Shown piece after piece: positions 40,988-50,120 of a stretch of DNA of 64,000 nucleotides. The stretch's first letter is position 1. Each line of letters opens with the position of its first letter. The stretch comes from an uncultured Mycoplasmatota bacterium (lineage in GTDB: Bacteria; Bacillota_I; Bacilli_A; RF39; UBA660), in NCBI GenBank assembly GCA_947165285.1, contig CAMUZS010000003.1, positions 87,598 through 151,597 on the forward strand, given 5' to 3'. Under the pieces are notes generated by a model. The model saw nothing but the letters and a program-made list of their open reading frames with translations, made no database searches and was not told the origin of the DNA. Made by a program: the position numbers and the translations under genes.

Positions 40988-41351
40988 AAAAAACTCCTCC
41001 TTCTTAATAATTACAAATTATAAATTTTTATACCATAGAACATACTTGAAACACTAGTCTGTTACTATAACTTTAGTATATCACAGATTAATATTTATAC
41101 AATCAAAAAGTAAATAAATAATTGTAAAAAAATGTAAATTATACATCTATTTTACATTTTATAGTAGCATCTTAATAAAATCATCAGATAATTTCTTATC
41201 TAACTTATCTATTAACAACCGATTAATTTCATACAATTCCTCGACAATACTTCTAACAATTACGCAATTACTTTTCCCTTCATTGTTACAAATGTAAAAT
41301 TCATTAAATTTCATAAATATCACATCATTTTTATACTATAAATAGTCATAA

Positions 41352-42197
41352 CTAAAATTTATTTAATCTTAATGCATTTTTTGGACATTCATTAATACAT
41401 TTAGCACATAAAATACATTCTGTTCCATTTTTTCTTTTTCTTGAATCATCTAACATATCAACATTCATAGGACAATTTCTAATACATTTTTTACAATTAA
41501 TACATTTTAAGTGATCACATCTTACTCTTATATAAGAAAAATAACTCATAGGTTTTAAAAATACAGTTATAGGACATATATACTTACAAAATGCTCTATT
41601 ATCCTTAAATATAAATGCAAGTAATATTCCTAGTGCATAATAGAATAAATTACCTATTATAAATGAATAAAACATTATTGTTTCAAGATTACCTACCTTA
41701 AAAATAAATAATGCACCTACAAAAGTTAGTGAAAATAAAAATACAATATATTTAATCCAGCCAATTTTCTTTCTTTCACCTTTAGGAACTTTATATGGTA
41801 ATAAATCAAGTATCATACCAGTCCAACAAGCATAACCACACCAACCTCTTCCAAAAATTAAAGGTCCTACAATTTTAGCTACAAAATAATGAATTGTTGC
41901 TGCTTCAAAAACTCCTAAAAATAAATAATACCAAAAACCCTCTAACTGCATATTTTCTCTACATATTATACCTAAAAAAACAAGCATATATAATCCAACA
42001 CCAATTTGAACAAAATTTCTAGCATATTTTAATTTATGTTTCATCATTAATATACCTAAAGAAACACAAGTTCCAATGTATGTAAAATTTAGCAAATAAA
42101 ATAATTTAGAAGTAGATATAAATAAACTAATAGCAACTATTTCAAATATACACCATATTATAATAGAAATTCTATTTTCTTTAATAAGCTTCTTCAT
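41352..42197 (-). CDS. polytopic membrane 4Fe-4S ferredoxin-type protein (NapH/MauN-like)
   Basis: Multiple TMs; CGYACW; two ferredoxin motifs, CINCKKCIRNCP and CILCAKCINECP. Confidence 0.75.
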   Translation of the reverse strand: MKKLIKENRISIIIWCIFEIVAISLFISTSKLFYLLNFTYIGTCVSLGILMMKHKLKYARNFVQIGVGLYMLVFLGIICRENMQLEGFWYYLFLGVFEAATIHYFVAKIVGPLIFGRGWCGYACWTGMILDLLPYKVPKGERKKIGWIKYIVFLFSLTFVGALFIFKVGNLETIMFYSFIIGNLFYYALGILLAFIFKDNRAFCKYICPITVFLKPMSYFSYIRVRCDHLKCINCKKCIRNCPMNVDMLDDSRKRKNGTECILCAKCINECPKNALRLNKF

Positions 42198-42211
42198 AAG
42201 TACTACCTTCT

Positions 42212-42472
42212 TTATTTTATTATATGAGCAGTAATAATAGAGTAATTATAAGAATTTATAGTTATTATTATACTATCTATTTCACAATAATAATTCTTTC
42301 CTTTTTTGTATACCAAAGATTTATTATTTATTATTTTTTCCTTTAAATAATTTACTACATCATTACTAATATTTAAATTTTTTTTAATTCTATCTTCACC
42401 AAGTTTAGTAGTATGAATTTTATTAATATTAGATATTAAAACATTTTTAAAATCTAATAATTTATTATCCAT
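42212..42472 (-). CDS. DUF3781-like small protein
   Basis: HTTKLGEDRIKKNL...KKGKNYYC pattern. Confidence 0.55.
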   Translation of the reverse strand: MDNKLLDFKNVLISNINKIHTTKLGEDRIKKNLNISNDVVNYLKEKIINNKSLVYKKGKNYYCEIDSIIITINSYNYSIITAHIIK

Positions 42473-42567
42473 AAAATCACTTCACTTCTACTTGATTATA
42501 TCATAATAAGTAGGTTTTTCCCTACTTATCTATATTTTTATAAAAAAATAATGTTAAGTTATTAACA

Positions 42568-42897
42568 TTATTTCTTTTCATATATAGTATCTCTTCCTAG
42601 AGAATCCTTAACATTTAATTTGTTACCTTCAATACTAAAAGTTGTTTCAAATGGAGCTGTACTTCCTGTATATAAAATTGATATTTTATCACCATTTATT
42701 TCATAAGTACAATTCATTAATGTACCAGCAGCATCATAACTACAAGTCTTATCTTCATTAAATGTATATACATATGAACCTTGAGCCCACTTTCCAATTA
42801 TAGGATCTTTTTTAGCTTCCTTTTTATCATTTCCACATCCAAATAATGTTACACATAACATTACCACAATAAAACTTACTAATATATTTTTTTTCAT
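42568..42897 (-). CDS. small lipoprotein (lipocalin-like, DUF5640-type)
   Basis: Lipobox TLFGC; GKWA...YTFNEDKTC...YEINGDKISI. Confidence 0.6.
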   Translation of the reverse strand: MKKNILVSFIVVMLCVTLFGCGNDKKEAKKDPIIGKWAQGSYVYTFNEDKTCSYDAAGTLMNCTYEINGDKISILYTGSTAPFETTFSIEGNKLNVKDSLGRDTIYEKK

Positions 42898-42902
42898 ATA
42901 AT

Positions 42903-44717
42903 TTATTCTCCTATTCTTTTCATATTATATTTTTTTGATAATACTAAACCAAATATACTTAAAACAAACAATACTACAAAAAACATTATTTTATCACTTG
43001 TTTTTGGATTAACAATATTATCATTTTCCTCTGCTTCTTCTACATCATCATTTATTTCTTTTGCATCTTTTTCATAAAAAGTATATGTTAATTCTATATC
43101 ATCATATAATTTATCATCATTAATACTTATACTCCATACACCTTTTTCAAAATTTTCATTTGCTTTCATATTAGTTGGTAGAATAATATCTGATAATTTA
43201 GTACCAGCATATACATTAGATACTATATCATCACTAGATCCATTATCCCATGTACCATTTTTTATTTTAAAAGTTACTTTTATATTACTTTTAATCTCTA
43301 CATAATTTGCTTCATTATCATCATAATAGAATAAATAATTATCATATCCAGAAACATTAACTTTTTTTATTTCTAAATCATTTCCATCTGAATTTAAAAA
43401 TTTCAAATTATTTAAATTTTCACAATTACTGCAACCATCAAAAGCAGGAGTGCCTTTTGCAATTAAATGACTATTTTTAAAATCTAAAATATTACCTCTA
43501 ATAGCATAAGTATTATTACCATCTACTAATACTTCAGATTTTTCTATTTTAGTAAATGTTCCATATATTGAACTCCTTGTTGTATTTAAATTAGAATTAA
43601 CAATATTTGTATTATTTAACATTATGTTACTAATCTTATCAAGATTAATATTTGAGTTTAAAACATCATACATATTAAATGCAACTGTTCCGTTACTTAA
43701 ATTAATAGTACTATCACTTAATAATTTAATACTTGTTGTATTATAAGAATTAGTATCTACAGTTGATTTATTTATTCTATTTATAAATAAATTATCCATA
43801 TTAGCTATCTTAATTTGAGAATTATCAATTTCACATTCTGTATTTATAGAACCTTCAATTGACGCATTTTTAACGTCTATTTCACTATCTTTTATTTTAA
43901 AAGTTTCAGTTCTTATTAACATATTATTACTACTACTTGTTGATTTAATCTCAGAATTTTCTATAACTAAATTACTATTTAAATATTGAAAACCACTACC
44001 ATAATTTACTTTAGAATCCTTAATAGTTAAATTCGCACTAGATGCTATTGTATTATTAATATTTAAATTAGAATTAGAAATTATAAGAGGTCCACCTATA
44101 TTTAAATTAGGTAAATTTAAAGTACTGTTTTCTATTTTATTATCTGCTGTTGAAACATTAAAAGATATACCTGTACCACTTAATGTAGAATTATTTACAT
44201 TAAACGACTTAAAACCTAAACCTCCAAAACTTACAAACGATACATCAGAATTATTAAACACAACACCAGAATTACTAGATGATGTTAATGAAAATTTAGA
44301 ATTATTAACAGTTAAATTATTAATATAATTAATATAAGGAACAAAAATATCACTACAATTATTAATAGTTAAATTACCAGTACCATTACCATTTGTATTA
44401 TTAATAACTATCTTATGATCTGATTCTATAGTTACATTCTTAGAAAAGTTAAGAGTAGAAAATGTAATATCTGTTTTTGTCCTTATTGTTATATCTCTAT
44501 TAACAAATACAACAGCAAAATTTTCACCATCTATAGCATTTAACGTTAAAACATCATTTTCAAAAGTATAACGATCTGATAAAGCTGGATCATGCATAGG
44601 TTGAACAGTACCATCTTCATTTATTCCCATTTGAATAGTTCCTGCAGCTTTAACATTAACTGAAAAAGTTACTGCAAACAAAAAAGTTATAATAAATAAT
44701 AGTTTTTTAAAATTCAT
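42903..44717 (-). CDS. Asn-rich beta-helix-like surface protein with C-terminal sorting-signal-like anchor (NPKTS + TM + basic tail)
   Basis: Sec signal MNFKKLLFIITFLFAVTFSVNVKA. Degenerate N-x-S/T-rich ~20-aa repeats. C-terminus NPKTSDKIMFFVVLFVLSIFGLVLSKKYNMKRIGE. Confidence 0.7.
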   Translation of the reverse strand: MNFKKLLFIITFLFAVTFSVNVKAAGTIQMGINEDGTVQPMHDPALSDRYTFENDVLTLNAIDGENFAVVFVNRDITIRTKTDITFSTLNFSKNVTIESDHKIVINNTNGNGTGNLTINNCSDIFVPYINYINNLTVNNSKFSLTSSSNSGVVFNNSDVSFVSFGGLGFKSFNVNNSTLSGTGISFNVSTADNKIENSTLNLPNLNIGGPLIISNSNLNINNTIASSANLTIKDSKVNYGSGFQYLNSNLVIENSEIKSTSSSNNMLIRTETFKIKDSEIDVKNASIEGSINTECEIDNSQIKIANMDNLFINRINKSTVDTNSYNTTSIKLLSDSTINLSNGTVAFNMYDVLNSNINLDKISNIMLNNTNIVNSNLNTTRSSIYGTFTKIEKSEVLVDGNNTYAIRGNILDFKNSHLIAKGTPAFDGCSNCENLNNLKFLNSDGNDLEIKKVNVSGYDNYLFYYDDNEANYVEIKSNIKVTFKIKNGTWDNGSSDDIVSNVYAGTKLSDIILPTNMKANENFEKGVWSISINDDKLYDDIELTYTFYEKDAKEINDDVEEAEENDNIVNPKTSDKIMFFVVLFVLSIFGLVLSKKYNMKRIGE

Positions 44718-44812
44718 ATTTCCCACATCCTATTATTATTATAACAGTGCTTTACATTCAAATATACTTTTTTTGACATGATATACACTTTAATTTACAA
44801 ATTATTTACTAA

Positions 44813-45295
44813 TTAAATATCCATAAAAGAACTAATATGTGCAGTAGAATAATTAGTATTACATAAAATATCATTTAATACATCAACAGTATCATCTATC
44901 ATAATTATATTTTCATCCATTACTTCTGGATGTTTATTTCTAATTTCAATTATCTTATTAACTTTTTCACTATCATTTTTTACACAATAAACATTATCTT
45001 TTAAGATATTATAATACTTGTTAACAAATTCCTTTTTATATTCTATTTCAATATCAGCATTAACACGAGTTAATACATAAATATTATTAATATTTCTTTC
45101 TTTTATAAAATTTTGTAGTCTTTTACTAACTCTATCTTGAATATAAACATTTTCTTCATTTTTTAAACAAATGTCCCATTCTTCATCAGTTAAAAAATGA
45201 TTTCTTTGACCAAATTCCATTGTGGCTAAAACACCATCAACATCAAATACTAAAATACTATTAATATCATTTAATAATTCTTTAATTTTACTCAT
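44813..45295 (-). CDS. HAD-superfamily phosphatase/nucleotidase-like protein
   Basis: Motif I VFDVDGVLA; late IMIDD motif; 160 aa. Lies 3 nt downstream of lepB. Confidence 0.6.
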   Translation of the reverse strand: MSKIKELLNDINSILVFDVDGVLATMEFGQRNHFLTDEEWDICLKNEENVYIQDRVSKRLQNFIKERNINNIYVLTRVNADIEIEYKKEFVNKYYNILKDNVYCVKNDSEKVNKIIEIRNKHPEVMDENIIMIDDTVDVLNDILCNTNYSTAHISSFMDI

Positions 45296-45298
45296 ATA

Positions 45299-45781
45299 TT
45301 AAAACTTCTTAAAATGATTAAATGGGAAAATTATTAAATCAGTAGTTCCTAGTATTTGATCTTTCTTAACAGGTCCAAATGACCTACTATCAAATGAATT
45401 ATTTCTGTTATCACCAATAACAAAATATTCATCATCACCTAAAATATATTCTTTAAAATCAGGAGTTTTTCCATTAGCATGAGAATCATCAACTTCTTCA
45501 TTATTAACATAAATAATTCCACTAACACATTTTATTTTTTCACCAGGCATTGCAAATAATCTTTTGATTAATTTGTTACTTCCCTTTTGAATAACAACAA
45601 TCTCACCTTTTTTTAAATTATTCTTAGCAAATTTCTTTAGTATCATAACATCTCCACTAAATAATGTTTTTTCCATTGAAGGACCATCTACAGTTACCGG
45701 AGTTATAATAAAACTTCTAATTAATACAACAACTAATATAATAACAATATAAGGAATAATTTCCTTAATAATTTTTTTCAT
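45299..45781 (-). CDS. lepB: signal peptidase I (bacterial LepB/SipS type, S26A)
   Basis: VDGPSMEKTL (Ser), IKRLFAMPGE (Lys), GDNRNNSFDSRSFGPV. Confidence 0.93.
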   Translation of the reverse strand: MKKIIKEIIPYIVIILVVVLIRSFIITPVTVDGPSMEKTLFSGDVMILKKFAKNNLKKGEIVVIQKGSNKLIKRLFAMPGEKIKCVSGIIYVNNEEVDDSHANGKTPDFKEYILGDDEYFVIGDNRNNSFDSRSFGPVKKDQILGTTDLIIFPFNHFKKF

Positions 45782-45878
45782 GTATTATCACCATATAAAT
45801 TATATCATAATATATCTTACTTGACATTATTATTTTAATAATGATAAAGTATAAATAATAAGGAAGGAGTTTATAAAA

Positions 45879-46670
45879 ATGAAAAAACTAAGTAAAGTAT
45901 TATTAGCTATTATTGTTACAGTATTTTTATTTACTGGATGCTCTTTAAGAGAAAATATTGAAATGAATATTTCAGCTGACAAAAATATTTCAATGAGTAT
46001 TGTTATGGCAATGGATGAAGATATGATTGATTCTATGTTAACTGCAGATGGAACATTAACAAAAGATAAAATCACAGATGAAAAAAGATGGGAGTATATA
46101 GATAAATCAGTAGATAAAATGGATGATTCATACAAAAAAGAAAAATATAATCAAGATGGTTACAAGGGATATAAATATACTATTGAACTAGGAACACTTG
46201 ATGATATTAGTACAACATCAAGTGATAAAAGAGTTGATTTATCTGAAGCTTTTGAAGGAAAATTCAAAGGAAATAATTTATTCATTAAAGAAGATAATAC
46301 ATATATTTCAAATATGAAATATACTGTTGAAGGAGATAATGATTACTCTCAATATGAATCAATGGGAGCAATGTTTGATTTAAATTTTGTGATTAATATA
46401 CCAAACCAAGCTAAAGATTATAATGCAGATAAACTTGAAAATGAAGGTACAAGACTTACATGGAGTTTAATGAAATCAGCTGATATAGAATTTAAATTTG
46501 ATTTAGATTCTAAAGCAAATAATAATGATACAAAAGAAGCTAATAAAGAAAATGATTCAAAAAATAATAATACTATAATTATTATCGGTGCAGTTATTGG
46601 TGGTATTTTATTAATAGCAATTATAGTATTAATAATAGTTTTATCAAAGAAAAACAAAAATAATAATTAA
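45879..46670 (+). CDS. lipoprotein with C-terminal TM anchor (LppM/DUF3153-like); paralog of 20055-20858
   Basis: Lipobox LFTGC. Shares N-terminal and ...FVINIPNQA / FIVNLPNKA motifs with the paralog. One of only three plus-strand genes called in the window. Confidence 0.75.
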   Translation: MKKLSKVLLAIIVTVFLFTGCSLRENIEMNISADKNISMSIVMAMDEDMIDSMLTADGTLTKDKITDEKRWEYIDKSVDKMDDSYKKEKYNQDGYKGYKYTIELGTLDDISTTSSDKRVDLSEAFEGKFKGNNLFIKEDNTYISNMKYTVEGDNDYSQYESMGAMFDLNFVINIPNQAKDYNADKLENEGTRLTWSLMKSADIEFKFDLDSKANNNDTKEANKENDSKNNNTIIIIGAVIGGILLIAIIVLIIVLSKKNKNNN

Positions 46671-46685
46671 TTTAAAGCAAAAAAA

Positions 46686-46712
46686 ATTAAGGATAATACC
46701 TTAATTTTTTTG
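46686..46712. terminator. bidirectional terminator between the lipoprotein gene and rplS
   Basis: attaagg/ccttaat hairpin, flanked by an A-run on one side and a T-run on the other. Confidence 0.65.
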
Positions 46713-47066
46713 TTTCTTATTTTGTAAATTTCTTTCTTTAATTTTAACGTCTTTTTTCATTCCTCTTACATAATGTAGTTTAGCTCTTCTAACCATACCA
46801 GGTTTAACAACTATAATAGAATCAATAGTTGGAGCATTAACTGGAAATACTCTTTCAACACCAATACCATAAGATTTCTTTCTTACAGTAAATGTTTCTG
46901 AAACAGATCCACCTTTTCTTTCAATTACGATACCTTCAAATGCTTGAATTCTTTCTTTTTTACCTTCTTTTACCCAAACATTTACTTTTACAGTATCTCC
47001 TACACGAAACTCAGGAATGTCTTTTCTAATTTGTTTTTCATTAATCTTATCTACCAAATTAGCCAT
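46701..47066 (-). CDS. rplS: 50S ribosomal protein L19
   Basis: MANLVDKINEKQIRKDIPEFRVGDTVKV... Start set at ATG 47066 (AAAGGAG RBS) rather than the TTG at 47084. Confidence 0.95.
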   Translation of the reverse strand: MANLVDKINEKQIRKDIPEFRVGDTVKVNVWVKEGKKERIQAFEGIVIERKGGSVSETFTVRKKSYGIGVERVFPVNAPTIDSIIVVKPGMVRRAKLHYVRGMKKDVKIKERNLQNKKQKN

Positions 47067-47203
47067 AATTACATCTCCTTTCAATAATATATATCACATA
47101 AAATCATTACCAAATTAAATAAGTAAGCGGATTTTCTACAAAGGTATAAACCTTCGAAGCAATACGATTATAACAAATACTTAAATAAAATTCAATACTT
47201 TTA

Positions 47204-47227
47204 ATAAAAAAACACCAATAATTGGTG
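47204..47227 (-). terminator. short Rho-independent terminator after recA
   Basis: caccaa/ttggtg stem directly after the TAG stop; TTTTTTT on the minus strand. Confidence 0.55.
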
Positions 47228-48238
47228 CTATTTAGTTTTAAAACCATAATGTTCTCTTACTTTATTTTCTATTTCTTTAAATACATCAGGATTATCTTTT
47301 AAATATTCTTTAACATTTTCTCTACCTTGACCTATCTTTTCTCCATTATAGGCATACCATGCACCAGATTTTTCTAAAATGTTTATTTCAGATGCAATAT
47401 CAATTATTTCACCAGTATGAGATACTCCTTCACCATACATAATATCAACTACAGCACTTTTAAATGGAGGAGCTACCTTATTTTTTACTACTTTAATATT
47501 AGTTTTATTACCTATTATTTTATCTCCTTGTTTAATAGCTTCACCACGTCTAATATCAAGTCTTATTGAAGAATAAAACTTTAATGCTCTTCCACCAGGT
47601 GTTGTTTCAGGATTACCAAACAAAACTCCAACTTTTTCTCTTAATTGGTTAATAAAAATAGCTGTTGTTTTAGTTTTATTAATTGTTCCTGATAATTTTC
47701 TTAATGCTTGAGACATTAATCTTGCTTGAAGTCCTACATGAGAATCACCCATCTCACCTTCAATTTCTGCTTGAGGAACTAATGCTGCTACTGAATCTAT
47801 TACTACAATATTAACAGCTTCAGATCTAACTAAAGCTTCACATATTTCTAAAGCTTGTTCACCAGTATCAGGTTGTGATAATAATAATTCATTAATATCA
47901 ACACCCAAATTTTTTGCATAAACTGGATCAAGAGCATGTTCTGCATCAATAAAAGCTGCTCTTCCACCACTTTTTTGCACTTCTGCAATTGCAGTCAAAG
48001 CAAAAGTTGTTTTACCACTTGATTCTGGTCCATATATTTCAATAATTCTTCCCTTTGGATATCCCCCAACTCCTAAAGCAATATCAAGTGCCATAGAACC
48101 GCTAGATGTTGTTTCAACATTAATATGTTCTTGACTACCCAACTTCATAATAGCACCCTTACCAAATTGCTTTTCTATATCAGCCATTACTTGTTCTAAT
48201 GCTTTATTTTTATCCTTTACATCACTTGAAACCTTCAT
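47228..48238 (-). CDS. recA: recombinase RecA
   Basis: Walker [22 protein letters not shown]2 loop region; 336 aa. Confidence 0.98.
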   Translation of the reverse strand: MKVSSDVKDKNKALEQVMADIEKQFGKGAIMKLGSQEHINVETTSSGSMALDIALGVGGYPKGRIIEIYGPESSGKTTFALTAIAEVQKSGGRAAFIDAEHALDPVYAKNLGVDINELLLSQPDTGEQALEICEALVRSEAVNIVVIDSVAALVPQAEIEGEMGDSHVGLQARLMSQALRKLSGTINKTKTTAIFINQLREKVGVLFGNPETTPGGRALKFYSSIRLDIRRGEAIKQGDKIIGNKTNIKVVKNKVAPPFKSAVVDIMYGEGVSHTGEIIDIASEINILEKSGAWYAYNGEKIGQGRENVKEYLKDNPDVFKEIENKVREHYGFKTK

Positions 48239-48270
48239 ATTTACCTCCCAGATTTTTCGTATAAATTTAT

Positions 48271-48298
48271 TTTATAATAAAATTCTTTTCTTTGTCAA
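48271..48298 (-). promoter_or_regulatory. putative sigma-A promoter of recA (TTGACA-16-TATAAA)
   Basis: Read on the minus strand between the peptide ORF stop and the recA RBS. No Cheo/LexA box (CGAAC-N4-GTTCG) is visible. Confidence 0.45.
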
Positions 48299-48312
48299 TG
48301 TATTTAAATATA

Positions 48313-48429
48313 TTATATTATTTTAGCAACAAAAAATTTCATTTTAATTCTAATATAATTAAAAAATTCATTTAATCTTTGTGCAAAATAAGATCCACCT
48401 TTAATATTAATTAATTCATATTTTTGCAT
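48313..48429 (-). CDS. unannotated 38-aa peptide with double-glycine leader (bacteriocin- or pheromone-like)
   Basis: AAAGGAG RBS 7 nt before the ATG. Sequence MQKYELINIKGG|SYFAQRLNEFFNYIRIKMKFFVAKII. Below the ORF-track length cutoff. Confidence 0.5.
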   Translation of the reverse strand: MQKYELINIKGGSYFAQRLNEFFNYIRIKMKFFVAKII

Positions 48430-48460
48430 AAAAATACTCCTTTCTATTATTAGTCCCTCT

Positions 48461-48488
48461 ACTATATATATAATCTACTTTTTATCAA
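48461..48488 (-). promoter_or_regulatory. putative promoter of the peptide ORF (TTGATA-16-TATAGT)
   Basis: Read on the minus strand, downstream of the operon terminator. Confidence 0.35.
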
Positions 48489-48500
48489 TTTCCTTTTTTT

Positions 48501-48530
48501 AAAATAAAAAAAGTATCATATTTTGATACT
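48501..48530 (-). terminator. Rho-independent terminator of the pilin-like operon
   Basis: agtatca/tgatact hairpin (48512-48530) right after the stop; TTTTTTATTTT on the minus strand. Confidence 0.7.
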
Positions 48531-49586
48531 TTATTCATCTTTTACAATTCCAAACCATTTAGTTGGTTTCTTTTCAATACCACCAGGAACCATTTTATCA
48601 AATCCCATTTTATATAATAATCTATTAATAGGTTCATTTTTTTCTGCTTTATCATCCAAATAAGGTAAATTATCAAATGTCTTACAACGAGATTCATATT
48701 CAAATTCTTGAACATCTTTTTCATTTAACATACTCTTATTTAAAACAATTTGATAACTCTTCATTTTTTCCAAAATCATTCTATCTAGTCTAATCATTTT
48801 ATTTAATTTAATAGTGGTAGGTTCAATAATATGAAGAACTTCATTCATAGTAGTTATTTTATCAGATTCATTAATATCTACTAAAATTATTTCATAATCA
48901 CTATTTGGATTTTTAGTAATAGATTCAAGTTCTGCTGAAGAAACACTTCTTAAATCACCATCATTAAAAAACATAAAATCATTTTTATCAACTTCAACAG
49001 CTAATACTTTATATTCTTTTTCTAAAGCTTTTTTCATCATATAAGTAAGAGTTGTAGCACCAGCTCCTGATGTCAAATCCTTAATAGCAATAACTCTAGT
49101 TCCCATAAACATTTTATTAACAGAATCATTAATAAAATTAGAATTAACTTGTCCTGGATCTAAATTAATATTAGATTTTTTATCAGTTCCAGAAGAAGAT
49201 CCTAAAATATGATATTGAGCAACATCTTTATAACTATTTGGATTATTTATTAAATATGCAATAGCATCAATATTTCTAGTAAAATTATATATTCCCATAG
49301 AAATTAACTCAGATATATAAGATGGAGAATTAACTTCTTCACTATCATCAAGTAACAATATTACCTTAGTCATATCAAGACCAAAAGATAACTTTTGAAT
49401 ATTAGCAATATTTTTATAATCAACAATTGCAGTAATATCTAAAATCATTTTATTAAAGAAGAAATTTTGAAAATTATTAACAATATCTTCAACTTCAAAT
49501 TCTCCTTGTACATTTTTAATAATATCTATTTTTAAATTAGATAACATTTGACTATACTTATTTGCAATAATTACATTCATTTTCAA
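48531..49586 (-). CDS. TadZ/CpaE-like protein: receiver-like N-domain + MinD/ParA-fold domain with degenerate Walker A
   Basis: RVIAIKDLTSGAGATTLTYMMKKALEKEYKVLAVEVD aligns with the MinD/ParA ..KGGxGK[ST]T.. block, but both lysines are replaced. YEIILVDINESD is Walker-B-like. AAGGAGGA RBS. Confidence 0.6.
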   Translation of the reverse strand: MKMNVIIANKYSQMLSNLKIDIIKNVQGEFEVEDIVNNFQNFFFNKMILDITAIVDYKNIANIQKLSFGLDMTKVILLLDDSEEVNSPSYISELISMGIYNFTRNIDAIAYLINNPNSYKDVAQYHILGSSSGTDKKSNINLDPGQVNSNFINDSVNKMFMGTRVIAIKDLTSGAGATTLTYMMKKALEKEYKVLAVEVDKNDFMFFNDGDLRSVSSAELESITKNPNSDYEIILVDINESDKITTMNEVLHIIEPTTIKLNKMIRLDRMILEKMKSYQIVLNKSMLNEKDVQEFEYESRCKTFDNLPYLDDKAEKNEPINRLLYKMGFDKMVPGGIEKKPTKWFGIVKDE

Positions 49587-49594
49587 TTTCCTCC

Positions 49595-50107
49595 TTAACC
49601 TATACCATTTAAATATGTATCATCATATGTTGCATCTATTTCACTAGTTTGTCCTTCAACATTAAATACACCAATTCTACCTAAAACAGGTAAATCAAAT
49701 CTAAAGAATAAATTTATTTTATAATAAGCTCTAGATTTAAAATAACTATGATAATTTCCAAATTTAGTAAAACAATAATAATATTCATTATTATTATTTC
49801 CATCAATAACCTCTATTTGAGGATGATCAACATCTAAACTTTTAACACCATAAGTGTGAATAGCGTTTGTACTAGTAACTAAAGCACACTTACCAGTAGT
49901 TTTATAACCAGATTGATTTAAATAATTATTAATTAATGCAATACCATTTTCAGTCATTCCTTGACTTTTTTCAATAATTCCTAAAACTTCATTTTTTATT
50001 CTAAAAGATTTTGAGTAATTAATAGTAAGGGCAATATAAGCTGCAAAAATCAAGGTAAATATTAATACTAATTGAAATACCCATGTTCCACCAATTGTCT
50101 GTCTCAT
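49595..50107 (-). CDS. TadE/minor-pseudopilin-like protein (170 aa)
   Basis: MRQTIG|GTWVFQLVLIFTLIFAAYIALTI. Paralog of the 152-aa ORF (INxSKSFRIKNE, GYKTTGKC, AYYKINLFFRFDLP). GGGAGG RBS. Confidence 0.55.
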   Translation of the reverse strand: MRQTIGGTWVFQLVLIFTLIFAAYIALTINYSKSFRIKNEVLGIIEKSQGMTENGIALINNYLNQSGYKTTGKCALVTSTNAIHTYGVKSLDVDHPQIEVIDGNNNNEYYYCFTKFGNYHSYFKSRAYYKINLFFRFDLPVLGRIGVFNVEGQTSEIDATYDDTYLNGIG

Positions 50108-50120
50108 ATTTACCTCCCTA

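Noticed and set aside
34392-45298. Prophage, IS element or ICE as the explanation for the accessory block.
   Set aside because: No integrase, transposase, terminal inverted repeats, or phage structural or conjugation genes can be recognised. Only the short 21-mer and 160-bp repeats at one edge are present.
45830-46657. Minus-strand ORFs 45830-46135 and 46418-46657.
   Set aside because: They lie antisense to the plus-strand lipoprotein gene, which has a lipobox, an RBS (AAGGAGT) and a paralog elsewhere in the window.
47085-47203. The ~120-nt rplS 5' UTR as a possible L19-leader RNA.
   Set aside because: I can only see a short local hairpin (aaggt..acctt) and cannot match a known leader structure by eye. 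A covariance-model scan is needed.
48254-48261. TACGAAAA just upstream of the recA RBS, which resembles the streptococcal ComX cin-box TACGAATA.
   Set aside because: It is a single occurrence with one mismatch in very AT-rich DNA. It is not seen upstream of ssb or the pilin-like operon, and the organism is not a streptococcus.
48542-48724. 60-aa minus-strand ORF in another frame of the TadZ-like gene.
   Set aside because: Fully nested within the longer ORF, with no RBS.
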